NCBI RefSeq assembly: GCF_028368995.1
Contig: NZ_JAQNDL010000005.1
Location: 640,001-704,000 of the forward strand
Length of the DNA stretch: 64,000 bases
Origin: Nannocystis bainbridge
GTDB taxonomy: Bacteria; Myxococcota_A; Polyangia; Nannocystales; Nannocystaceae
Reading direction: 5' to 3'
Part shown: positions 30,724-39,395 of the stretch, piece after piece
How the letters are laid out: each line of letters opens with the position of its first letter
Numbering within the stretch: position 1 is the first letter of the stretch
The notes under the pieces: model-generated
What the model saw: only the letters and a program-made list of their open reading frames with translations
Databases searched by the model: none
Told to the model about the DNA's origin: nothing
Made by a program: the position numbers and the translations under genes

Positions 30724-31203
30724 CTAAGTCGGTTGATGCCGCCAACTCCCCTCCACCGCCACCTCACTGCGGATCGAATTGGCGATGAAGCAGGCATCGT
30801 GAGCCGCGTGGTGCAGTCGCGCGACGGCGGCGTCGTCTGGCGCCGGGTCGCCCGCGAAAACCACCTCCGGGTGCAGCACAACGCGCGCGATCCAGGCCTT
30901 GCCCGCGGCGTTCTTCTCCATCAGACCGCGGGCCGTGTCGGTGTAGCACTCCACAGTGAAGCCCCTGGCAGCGGCCAGGCCAAGAAACCACAGCATGTGG
31001 CAGCTCGCTACCGAGGCGACGAAGGCTTCCTCGGGATCGACATGAGCGGGGTTCGAGAGGGGAACCCTGACGACTTCGGGCGAGCTGGAGGCCGGCACCA
31101 CCGCGCCCCCGTCGAAGCGCCAGAGGTGCTCGCGGCTGTACTTGTTGTCGGTGAACTTGCTGCCCTGCCTGGACCATTCGATGGTTGCGCTGTGCGTGGA
31201 CAT
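30724..31203 (-). CDS. OsmC/Ohr family protein
   Basis: YSREH, DPEEAFVASVASCHMLWFL, AHDACFIANS. Confidence 0.92.
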   Translation of the reverse strand: MSTHSATIEWSRQGSKFTDNKYSREHLWRFDGGAVVPASSSPEVVRVPLSNPAHVDPEEAFVASVASCHMLWFLGLAAARGFTVECYTDTARGLMEKNAAGKAWIARVVLHPEVVFAGDPAPDDAAVARLHHAAHDACFIANSIRSEVAVEGSWRHQPT

Positions 31204-32114
31204 CTTCGCCTCTCGGTCTCCAGGCCGGCATTGTAGACATACGGCGCCGGCATGTCGCCCGGAAAGCGGGTGTGCCAGTCTCGCTCGCCGTTCACGACGA
31301 CAATGGTGCGCTTCATGGGCGCGGATTGTATCAGGAGTATGAGAGCGGGCGGGACAGGGATGCGAGGCCGCGAGCCTCCGATCCTCGGCACGCGATGTTT
31401 CCGCACGCACGCTGTGGCCGCGGTCGAACGGCGACGCTGGAAACCGCCGGGTGTTCGAGGCAGACGGGCCGACGCGGCGTTGCTGTCGACGCCCGTCGTG
31501 CCCGGGCCGCCGCCGGTGCCGAGGCAATTTTCGGTGTCGGCAGGTGTGATCGCCGGCGACGGGGCGCCAGCGGGCGCCGCGCTTCTCGACGCCTGAGCTC
31601 TCGTGATTCATCGGCATCCCACCTCCGAGGGCCAGGTACCTCTCCGGGAGGTCCACGTCACCACGCGGTCTACCGAACGGTTACCGTCGAACGGCAGCTC
31701 AGGCGGGAACGCAGCTCGCCGAACGGATACGAAGTTCTTCAGGTCTATGAGATGCAGATCTCGCTATTCTCTGCGAGATCTGATTCCACGACCGTCTACG
31801 CCACCTTTAACTCTAATGCCATTGCGGAACTCAACGTAAGTGACCGATATGGCAAAGAGGCTCGCTTCGAGCCTCTTATCCGAGGTGAAGTGGAGGTCGT
31901 CCTGGAACCAGGGTATACATCCTGGAAATCAACATACCAAACTGGTCATTGGATCTGCCGGACCTGAAATCCTAGATCTTAGAACGATTGAAAGATCTTG
32001 GGCTTTTGATGATGGATAGAATACACTAACAGCTAGCTCAAACCGCCGAGAAGCCGCCGAAATACGTCAAAGCAGAGGAGGGCACGCCCACGCAAGGGCC
32101 GGCCCCCTGGCCCG

Positions 32115-33830
32115 TCACGGCTCGAGGTGGATCCCCAGCCCACGCAAAAACAGCCGCGTGTACGCCCACAGCGACCCGCCTTCTTGCGGGCGGATGAACA
32201 CGTGGATCAGCGAGAAGAACTGGAACGTCAGGTACGCACAAACCACGTCGAGCGCGATCCGGCGGTCACGGGTCCATGGCCGGCGGGTCCGGGGTCTTCT
32301 CAATAGCACCACCTGCGTGATCGAGATCCCGAGCCCCAGCAGCAAGAAATACGGCCACGTCGAGAGCCCTGCCAGCAGCGTCCCCCACCGCAGGTCGACG
32401 AGCGTGCGCGGCGGGATGTGCCCCCAGATCAGGTTGCCGACCACCGTCGCCACCATCGTCGCCACGAAGATCCGCAGCGTCCGCCGGCGCTTGAACCACC
32501 GGAAGAACACTGGATAATAAAATACGCGGACCAGGAACTCGCGGAAGTGGAACGCGAAGCGGCTCCACAGCGCCGCCAGGTTGGTCGCCAGCCACGGCCG
32601 GTCGTACTGCGTCTCCATGCGATAGCCGAGCACTCGCCACGCCCCCACGCGAAAATGCGTCACTCCGCCGTAGATGAGGAAGATCCGCGCCTGATCGACG
32701 ATCGTCGAGATCAGCACCGTCGGCGTCGAGAGCCGCTCCCCGGCCAGGTGGGCGCGCACCAGATCGCTCGTGAACTTGAACACCTCGACCCCGAACACCT
32801 CGCGCATCAGCACCACGAAGCGCGCCGTCACGTGCTCCGCGAACACCATGTACACCAGCGCCAGGCACCACAGCTTGACCCCCGACAGCACCAGCGCGTT
32901 CTTGTCCGCCGCCAGCCGCCGCTCCTGCAAGAACGTGTAGCCCTGGCCGAGGTACGGCGCATACGCCAGGTTGGGGATCGCCGCCGGCGTCAGGAACAGC
33001 GCCAGATAGTCGCCGAGCGGCAGATCGCGCGGCACCTCGCCGTCCTTGTAATCGGCGTGGTAGACCATCAACCGCGCCCACTGAAAGCAGAAGAACAGCA
33101 GCCCGACCGGCATGACCCACATGCGCCCGGTGAGGCCCTCGCGCACGGTCGCCACGAGCACGACGATCATGCAGGTCTGGATCAGGCACGTGCGCAGGAC
33201 GCTCAGCCAGCGCCCGCCGCCGGTCAACGCCGCCCGACTGCCATGATAGATCGCCGACGCCAGCGCCCCCGCCCCGACCACCGCGATCGCCTGCGGCCAC
33301 CCCGCCTGGCCCGCCGTCGCCAGCCAGCCGACCAGCGCCCCCCAGAGCCCCGCCACCCCCACGCTGCGCCCCGCCCCCGGGTGGAACGCCAGCCAGATCG
33401 CCAGGTGCGCCGCCAATAGCAGGACCGTCGCCGGCACCCCGTACAGCAGCCCGAACAGCGGCACGAACCAGCCCACGATCGCCAGATTTTTTAAACGCAG
33501 CGGCGCGAAGTACACGCTGACGAAGCAGCCGAACAGCCCCGCGAGCATGATCAGCCGCTCGTCGTCATTATTAAAGATCTCCGTCGCCGACGCGTAGAGC
33601 TTCGAATCGAAGTTGCCGTCCTCGTCGAGGATCCGCGTGCCGCTGAGGCCCAGCGCGTCGAACACCTCGCGCGGCGTCGGCACCCCGAGCCACGCCGCCA
33701 GGTGCGTATAGCACCAGCAATACAGCAGCAGCACCGCGAACACCGGCACGATCACCCACGGCCGGTGGCGGTCGTGGGCCCGCTGCGTCTCCGGCGCGAG
33801 CTTGCTGCCGCGGAGGCGCACCCCGGCCAT
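32115..33830 (-). CDS. MBOAT-family membrane acyltransferase (DltB/AlgI-like)
   Basis: Polytopic protein; YDRPWLATNLAALWSRFAFHFREFLVRVFYYP matches the MBOAT P..A....FW.RW region; candidate catalytic His in LIWGH. Confidence 0.75.
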   Translation of the reverse strand: MAGVRLRGSKLAPETQRAHDRHRPWVIVPVFAVLLLYCWCYTHLAAWLGVPTPREVFDALGLSGTRILDEDGNFDSKLYASATEIFNNDDERLIMLAGLFGCFVSVYFAPLRLKNLAIVGWFVPLFGLLYGVPATVLLLAAHLAIWLAFHPGAGRSVGVAGLWGALVGWLATAGQAGWPQAIAVVGAGALASAIYHGSRAALTGGGRWLSVLRTCLIQTCMIVVLVATVREGLTGRMWVMPVGLLFFCFQWARLMVYHADYKDGEVPRDLPLGDYLALFLTPAAIPNLAYAPYLGQGYTFLQERRLAADKNALVLSGVKLWCLALVYMVFAEHVTARFVVLMREVFGVEVFKFTSDLVRAHLAGERLSTPTVLISTIVDQARIFLIYGGVTHFRVGAWRVLGYRMETQYDRPWLATNLAALWSRFAFHFREFLVRVFYYPVFFRWFKRRRTLRIFVATMVATVVGNLIWGHIPPRTLVDLRWGTLLAGLSTWPYFLLLGLGISITQVVLLRRPRTRRPWTRDRRIALDVVCAYLTFQFFSLIHVFIRPQEGGSLWAYTRLFLRGLGIHLEP

Positions 33831-33835
33831 GCGCC

Positions 33836-34084
33836 TCAGCCCAGCTTGCGGCGCACGTAGGCCGCCAGCGCCCGCACACTGTGGAAGTTGTCGACCTGCA
33901 CGTCCGCGCGGGCCACATCGATCCCGAACGTATCTTCGAGGAATTGCACCGTTTGCACGATCCCCAGCGAATCGACGAACCACTCGTTCAGCAGGTCCGT
34001 GTCGTACTCGAGCGCCCGCCCGAGGTGCGGATAGCTCGCCGTGTAATAGGCGTGGATCGTCGCCGCGATCTCCGCCTCGGTCAC
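33836..34084 (-). CDS. acyl/peptidyl carrier protein (DltC-like)
   Basis: 82 aa; DTDLL...VDSLGIV..VQFLEDTFGI; GTG overlaps the stop of the upstream gene. Confidence 0.9.
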   Translation of the reverse strand: MTEAEIAATIHAYYTASYPHLGRALEYDTDLLNEWFVDSLGIVQTVQFLEDTFGIDVARADVQVDNFHSVRALAAYVRRKLG

Positions 34085-36486
34085 GTCGACCCTGCCTGTC
34101 CTGGCCCGTGGCGGCGCACCGTCTCGCGCCGGTCCGGCTTGCCCGACGCCGTCAGCGGGATCGCCGGCACGATCACGACGTTGCGCGGCACCATGTGCGC
34201 CGGCAGGCGCGCGCGCGCGTGGGCCGTGAACTCGCGCACCGACCACGTCTCGGGGTTGTGCGGCACCACGAAGATCCACGGCACGTCGGTCAGCAGCCGC
34301 TGCGGATCTGGCACGCCGGCGACGAGCGCGTCCTTGACCCCCGGCACCGCGCCGAGCAGCAATTCGACCTCCGCCGGGAAGTACGACATGCCGCCGCAAT
34401 TGATCATATCGTCGCGGCGGCCGCGGTAGGCGACGAAGCCGTCCTCGTCGCGCACCCCGAAATCGCCGGTGAGCAGCCACCCGTCGCGGAAGCGCGAAGC
34501 GTTGAGGTCCGGCAGGTTCCAGTAATGATCGGTGCGCTGCGGCGCCCGCAGCAGGATCTCGCCCTCCTGCCCCGGCGGCAGCGTGCGCCCGTCCTCGCCG
34601 CAGATCGCCACCTCGACCCCGCGGGTCGGCAGCCCGACCGTGTGCAGCTTGTGCGGGTATTTACGGGCGTCGAGGATCAGCGCCCGCGAGCACTCGGTCA
34701 GCCCGTACTGCAAATAGATGTCGATCTTCGGGAACAGCGCCCCGAGCTGCGCCAGCTCGGCCGCCGTCACCGGCGCGCTGGCGATCTCGATCGACCGCAG
34801 CGTATCGGGCAGCCCGGCGAACTTGCCCGGATCGGCGCGCAGCAGCGTGCGCAGCACCGGCGGCGTGGTGAAGAAGCCGGAGATCGCAAACTTGGCGATG
34901 TCCTCGATCAGCGCCGCCACCGAGAACGTGCCCTCGAAGATCACCGCCGTCCCCCCGCGCAGCAGCGTCGAGGTCACCCGCTGCCAGCCGCCGCTGTGCG
35001 TCATCGGGCTCAGGATCAGGTCGCGGTGCTCCGGGCCCATCCCGATCACCTGCGACAGCGAGCGCGCGATCGCCAGGAAATGCCGGTGCCCGAGCACCAC
35101 CCCTTTCGGCCGCCCCGTCGAGCCGGCCGAGTAAAGCACGCACGCGTCGGCGTTCTCGGCCACCGCCGGCAGCGGGCCCTCCGCGGCCACCCGCGGCAGC
35201 TCCGGCTCGAACACCGCGTGCTTGCTCGCGCCGTCGATGTGGACCGCGTGGCACGCCACCTCGCCCGGCCCCGGGTCCCCGGCGTGGACCAGGCACAGCC
35301 GCGGCGCCGTATCCTTGACGATCCACTGCGAGCGCTCGCCGCCGGCCCCCGGATCGATCGGCACCACGATCGCCCCGATCGCCGTGATGCCGAGGAACAG
35401 CGCCACGTACTCGATCGAGTTGCGCAGGCGCAGCGCCACCCGGTCGCCCGGCCCGACCCCGGCCGCCAGCAGCCGCCGCGCGATGCCCCGCACCGCGTCG
35501 AGCAATTCGCCGTAGCTCAATTGCAGCGACGCCGTGCGCAGCGCCGGCCGCTCCGGCCGCGCCTCCGGGTTGGCGACCAGCAATTGGTGAAGCAGGTTCT
35601 CGGTGTCGCGCGGCGAATGATCGATGTAGCGGGCGTTGAGGCGGTTGACCTCCTCGTAATCGACCAGCGCGAAGATGTCGGAGAGCGGGCTCACCTCGGC
35701 CTCGACCGCCGTCAGCGAGCGCGCCGTCGCCAGCGCGCGGAACGTCTTCTCCATCGCCGCCACCGCCGCGCGCATCCCCTGATTGGCGAACACGATCAGG
35801 CGATACCCGGCCGCGAACAGCTCCTCCTCGCTCACCCCCGGGTACGTCGAAGGCACCGCCGCCAGCGGCACCGGCGAGTCCCAGCGGCGCCCGAACTCGA
35901 GGATCGGCGCCGGCGTGGTCGCCTTCGAGTGCACCAGCACGACGTCGGCCCCCGCCTCCGCGTAGGCCCGCGCCCGCCGGTACGCCTCCGCCTGCCCGAG
36001 CCCGGCCACCAGCGCCTCGGTGCGGGCGATCACCACGAACTCGCGGTCGCGCCGGCTGTCGCACGCCGCCTCGATCTTGCGCGCGAACACCTCGCCATCG
36101 ACCAGCTTGCGGTCGAGCCCCGCGTAGAGGCTGTTGCGCTTCGGGTGCTGGTTGTCCTCGAGGCACACCGCCGCGACCCCGGCCGCCTCGTACTCGCGGA
36201 CCGCCCGCACCACGTTGATCGCGTCGCCGAAGCCGTCGTCGATGTCGGCCACCACCGGCACCCGCGTCGCCCCGACGATCGCCGCCGTCGCCATCAGGTG
36301 CTCGTGCATGGTGATGAGCCCGACGTCGGGCAAGCACTTGCTGGCGCTGATGGCGAACCCGCTGGCCCACAGCCCCTGAAACCCGGCCCGCTCGGCGATG
36401 CGCGCCGACAGCCCGTCCGACACGCCCGCGATCACCAGCGGCCGCGAGCCCGCGAGCAGCCGCCGCAGCTCCGCCCGCGCGCTCAC
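34081..36486 (-). CDS. pepM: phosphoenolpyruvate mutase fused to an ANL-family AMP-dependent ligase
   Basis: N-terminal GLWASGF, DIDDGFGD, EDNQHPKRNSL, IARTEAL, GADVVLVHSK; C-terminal YSAGSTGRPKG, YGLTE, TGD, GRRDDMI, SGKPDR. Confidence 0.85.
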   Translation of the reverse strand: MSARAELRRLLAGSRPLVIAGVSDGLSARIAERAGFQGLWASGFAISASKCLPDVGLITMHEHLMATAAIVGATRVPVVADIDDGFGDAINVVRAVREYEAAGVAAVCLEDNQHPKRNSLYAGLDRKLVDGEVFARKIEAACDSRRDREFVVIARTEALVAGLGQAEAYRRARAYAEAGADVVLVHSKATTPAPILEFGRRWDSPVPLAAVPSTYPGVSEEELFAAGYRLIVFANQGMRAAVAAMEKTFRALATARSLTAVEAEVSPLSDIFALVDYEEVNRLNARYIDHSPRDTENLLHQLLVANPEARPERPALRTASLQLSYGELLDAVRGIARRLLAAGVGPGDRVALRLRNSIEYVALFLGITAIGAIVVPIDPGAGGERSQWIVKDTAPRLCLVHAGDPGPGEVACHAVHIDGASKHAVFEPELPRVAAEGPLPAVAENADACVLYSAGSTGRPKGVVLGHRHFLAIARSLSQVIGMGPEHRDLILSPMTHSGGWQRVTSTLLRGGTAVIFEGTFSVAALIEDIAKFAISGFFTTPPVLRTLLRADPGKFAGLPDTLRSIEIASAPVTAAELAQLGALFPKIDIYLQYGLTECSRALILDARKYPHKLHTVGLPTRGVEVAICGEDGRTLPPGQEGEILLRAPQRTDHYWNLPDLNASRFRDGWLLTGDFGVRDEDGFVAYRGRRDDMINCGGMSYFPAEVELLLGAVPGVKDALVAGVPDPQRLLTDVPWIFVVPHNPETWSVREFTAHARARLPAHMVPRNVVIVPAIPLTASGKPDRRETVRRHGPGQAGST

Positions 36487-37460
36487 GCGTCCGCCTCCCG
36501 CAGCAGCGGCAACAATGCATCGTATGTCTCTCGGGACATGTTAATAAGATCTCCTGCCGCCTCCGCCCGCCGCTCGGAGTCCCAGCCGGGGATCCGCGCA
36601 CCCGTGGCGGCGAACGCCGCGAGCCTGTCCGAAAGCACAGGTCCCGCCTCCTCGACCAGCTCAGGCCCGAGGAACACCGCGAACACCCCGTGCTCCGCGT
36701 GCTTCGGCGAGCCCGGCACCCCGCCGCCGAGGCTCGTCAGCAGCTCGACCGCCAGCCCCAGCGCGAACGTCTTGTGCGAGCCGCCGACGCTCAGCAGCGC
36801 CGCCACCTCGTCCGGCACCCGCGTGCGCGCCCCCTCGCGGTCGACCGCCGCGTCGGCCGGCAGCGGCGCCCCGTCCGTCCGCGCCACCAGCAGATCGCCG
36901 TGGGTGATCGCGCTGGTCGAAGCGTCGCACACGAACGCGTGCGGCCGCGTCGGCAGCCCGACGCAGATCGGGTTGGTGCCGACCAGCGGCACGCGCCCGC
37001 CCGGCGCCACCACCCGCGCCGGCGACCCACTCATGACAATCACCCCGCACCCGCGCGCGCACGCCAGCCGGGCCCAGTCGCCGAGCGCCCCGCTCGGATA
37101 CACGCCGACGCCCGTGGCCACGCACACCCCGAATTGCTCGGCCTCGGCGCACCCCGCCTCGACCAGCCGCTGCACCACCGGATAGCCGAGGTGCCCGCGC
37201 CCGTCGACGTGCAGCCGCCCCGCCCGCACCCGCGTCGGCCCCGGCGCCGGCCGCCCGTCATACGGCCCGAACGCGCCCGACTGCGTCACGTACAGCGCCC
37301 GCACCAGCCCGTGACACGGCTTGCCGGCCTGCTCGGTGCGCAGCCAGTGCTCGACGGTGCTCGCCGCGTCGCCCGCGTCGAGCCCGAGGCCGCGCACCAG
37401 CCGGCGCACCAACCCACTCCGCAGCTCGCCCGCCGCGACCGCGACCGTCTCCGCGCTCAC
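36483..37460 (-). CDS. Ldh_2 family (malate/L-lactate/sulfolactate dehydrogenase-like) oxidoreductase
   Basis: GKPCHGLVR, VDGRGHLG, GALGDWA, GTNPI, DASTS, SHKTFAL. Confidence 0.88.
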   Translation of the reverse strand: MSAETVAVAAGELRSGLVRRLVRGLGLDAGDAASTVEHWLRTEQAGKPCHGLVRALYVTQSGAFGPYDGRPAPGPTRVRAGRLHVDGRGHLGYPVVQRLVEAGCAEAEQFGVCVATGVGVYPSGALGDWARLACARGCGVIVMSGSPARVVAPGGRVPLVGTNPICVGLPTRPHAFVCDASTSAITHGDLLVARTDGAPLPADAAVDREGARTRVPDEVAALLSVGGSHKTFALGLAVELLTSLGGGVPGSPKHAEHGVFAVFLGPELVEEAGPVLSDRLAAFAATGARIPGWDSERRAEAAGDLINMSRETYDALLPLLREADA

Positions 37461-37503
37461 GAGCCCACCCCGCCCCGGAGGAGCCCCTGCGTGCGTTTCG
37501 GAG

Positions 37504-37524
37504 AGAAATTGAAGTTCAATTTCT
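37504..37524. promoter_or_regulatory. perfect 10-1-10 AT-rich palindrome, putative operator of the phosphonate operon
   Basis: AGAAATTGAA-G-TTCAATTTCT, about 44 bp upstream of the GTG at 37460. Confidence 0.7.
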
Positions 37525-37626
37525 GCGACCGGGTTTATCCGGCCCGCAGCCCGATTGTCAACCTGCGCGGCGGAGACGTCGGCGCGCCGCGAGCCGCTGC
37601 GCGGCCCGCTCGCTCATCGCCAAGCA

Positions 37627-37722
37627 TCGCCACGCCGCCACTCGAGCGCCGCCATGTGTCGCCAAGCCGCCCGCTCGAGCGCCACCACGCATCGCCACGC
37701 CGCCGCTCGAGCGCCGCTACGC
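37627..37722. repeat. three degenerate 32-33-bp direct repeats
   Basis: TCGCCA(C/A)GCCGCC..CTCGAGCGCC units start at 37627, 37659 and 37692. Confidence 0.7.
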
Positions 37723-37844
37723 CACCCCACTCCGGCCCCCGCGACGCCCGGGGGATCCACCGGTGCCTCACCCGCGGGTACGACGCCCGCGTCGGCGACG
37801 CACCGGGCGCTCCCCCCGCCGCCGATCCTTTCACCGCCGTGAGG

Positions 37845-37942
37845 TTCCCTCCACGACATGCCCTCCACGACATGCCCTCCACGACATGCTCTCCACGACA
37901 TGTCCATATGCACATGCCCTGTGCGACATGTCCTCATGACCA
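37845..37942. repeat. 14-bp-period tandem array of degenerate TGYCC-N4-NGACA units
   Basis: CATG junctions at 37857, 37871, 37885, 37899, 37913 and 37927. Confidence 0.85.
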
Positions 37943-38100
37943 TCCAAGCCCGCCGCCGCGAGCACCTCGCAGCCGGCATCCTCCCCGCGCGTCCTCCGCG
38001 GGTCCCCGCAGCCGGCCGGGCCGCGACGGCCCGATCGCGCGCGACGTGCCGACCGCCGGCGCGCTGGCCCACGCCAGACGCCGCGCCTCACACTGCCCGC

Positions 38101-38664
38101 ATGCCGAGCGAACGCGACAAGATGCTGGCCGGCGAGCTCTACCTCGCCGCCGACCCGGAGCTCGTGGGCCTGCGCCGGGCCGCGCGCCGGCTGACGCGCC
38201 GCTACAACGAGACCGGCGAGGACGAGACCGACGTGCGCCTCGACATCTTGCGGACGCTGCTCGGCCGCAGCGGCCCGCGCCTCGAGATCGAGCCGCCGTT
38301 CCGCTGCGACTACGGCGCCCACATCGAGGTCGGCGACGGCTTCTACATGAACTTCGACGGCGTGATCCTCGACTGCGCCCCGGTCACGATCGGCGACGAC
38401 GTCCTGTGCGGCCCCGGCGTGCACATCTACGCCGCCACCCACCCGCTGCAGCCCGACGTGCGCATCACCGGCCTCGAGTCCGCCAGGCCCGTCACGATCG
38501 GCAATCGCGTGTGGCTCGGCGGCGGCGTCATCGTCTGCCCCGGCGTCACCATCGGCGACGGCACCACGATCGCCGCCGGCAGCGTCGTCACCCGCGACAT
38601 CCCGGCCGGCGTGCTCGCCGGCGGCAACCCCTGCCGCGTCATCCGCTCGCTCGAATTGCGATAG
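38101..38664 (+). CDS. maa: sugar (maltose) O-acetyltransferase
   Basis: EKML-type start ERDKMLAGELY, PPFRCDYG, hexapeptide repeats, GNPCRVIR. Confidence 0.9.
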   Translation: MPSERDKMLAGELYLAADPELVGLRRAARRLTRRYNETGEDETDVRLDILRTLLGRSGPRLEIEPPFRCDYGAHIEVGDGFYMNFDGVILDCAPVTIGDDVLCGPGVHIYAATHPLQPDVRITGLESARPVTIGNRVWLGGGVIVCPGVTIGDGTTIAAGSVVTRDIPAGVLAGGNPCRVIRSLELR

Positions 38665-38684
38665 CTAACAGGGTTTCAGAGCGT

Positions 38685-39395
38685 TCATGACAGCTTGCTT
38701 TGTTCCCCTGCCATCGCGTCGGAAGACTTGGCTTCATCAGCAATCTCACCCTCACGAGGTGAAAGGCTTTCCTTGTTGCCCCTAATGTAGACGCGCGTTA
38801 GCAGGAGCATTTGCGCTCCTAAGGCCACATGCCAAGACTCTCGAAGGGTCAAACTAACAGTCGTATAAAAAACGAACTCAACCGCACGATAAGCGGCGGC
38901 ATCAACATCTGTTGACCAAGTCCTATCAAAAACTTCAAGCCCTGCCAGTCCCCAAAGTACAAGAGATGACAATATTACCAACATCGCAAGCTGAAATGTG
39001 TAGGCGTACTCCTCGATCCCTCCGCGCCGACGAGCCATCTCCTCATTCTCCGGGCTTTGGAGCAGTGAATTTGCATTCGCCCCCCATGCGAACGATACAC
39101 CAACAAAGACTCCAGCCAGCGGTAACAGAACTGTCTTCGCCGCGTCAGCAAGGGGTACATCGACGAAACCCGCCACAATCAGACCGTTCGCGACATGAAG
39201 CAAAAGCCACCGATCTACAACACGTTGGTAACCAGGAGGAATACGAAGAACACCAAGCCCAGATGTAGAGGAGCGGCCGTAAAGAAACCACGTCCAAAAT
39301 GAGACCATCTCGTAACGTTGAGAATGTCTTTGATTTGCAGGAACTGCAGAGCTTGTTCGAGACATGTTTCCCCCGACCGGACTCTCAGGATTCAT
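38685..39395 (-). CDS. hypothetical membrane protein (about 4 TM) in low-GC island
   Basis: Several hydrophobic segments; ATGA overlap with the upstream gene; GC clearly below host. Confidence 0.7.
   Translation of the reverse strand: MNPESPVGGNMSRTSSAVPANQRHSQRYEMVSFWTWFLYGRSSTSGLGVLRIPPGYQRVVDRWLLLHVANGLIVAGFVDVPLADAAKTVLLPLAGVFVGVSFAWGANANSLLQSPENEEMARRRGGIEEYAYTFQLAMLVILSSLVLWGLAGLEVFDRTWSTDVDAAAYRAVEFVFYTTVSLTLRESWHVALGAQMLLLTRVYIRGNKESLSPREGEIADEAKSSDAMAGEQSKLS

Noticed and set aside
34081-36486. Methylisocitrate lyase (prpB) assignment
   Set aside because: Lacks KRCGH; has the PK.NS loop of PEP mutases.
33802-37185. 1127-aa plus-strand ORF and similar long Arg/Pro/Ala-rich ORFs (518..3682, 50694..53264)
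   Set aside because: Alternative-frame shadows of well-supported genes, with no domain motifs.
38660-38690. Integron attC at the island edge (GCTAAC/GTTAGC)
   Set aside because: Too short, no paired inverse core, and no integrase.
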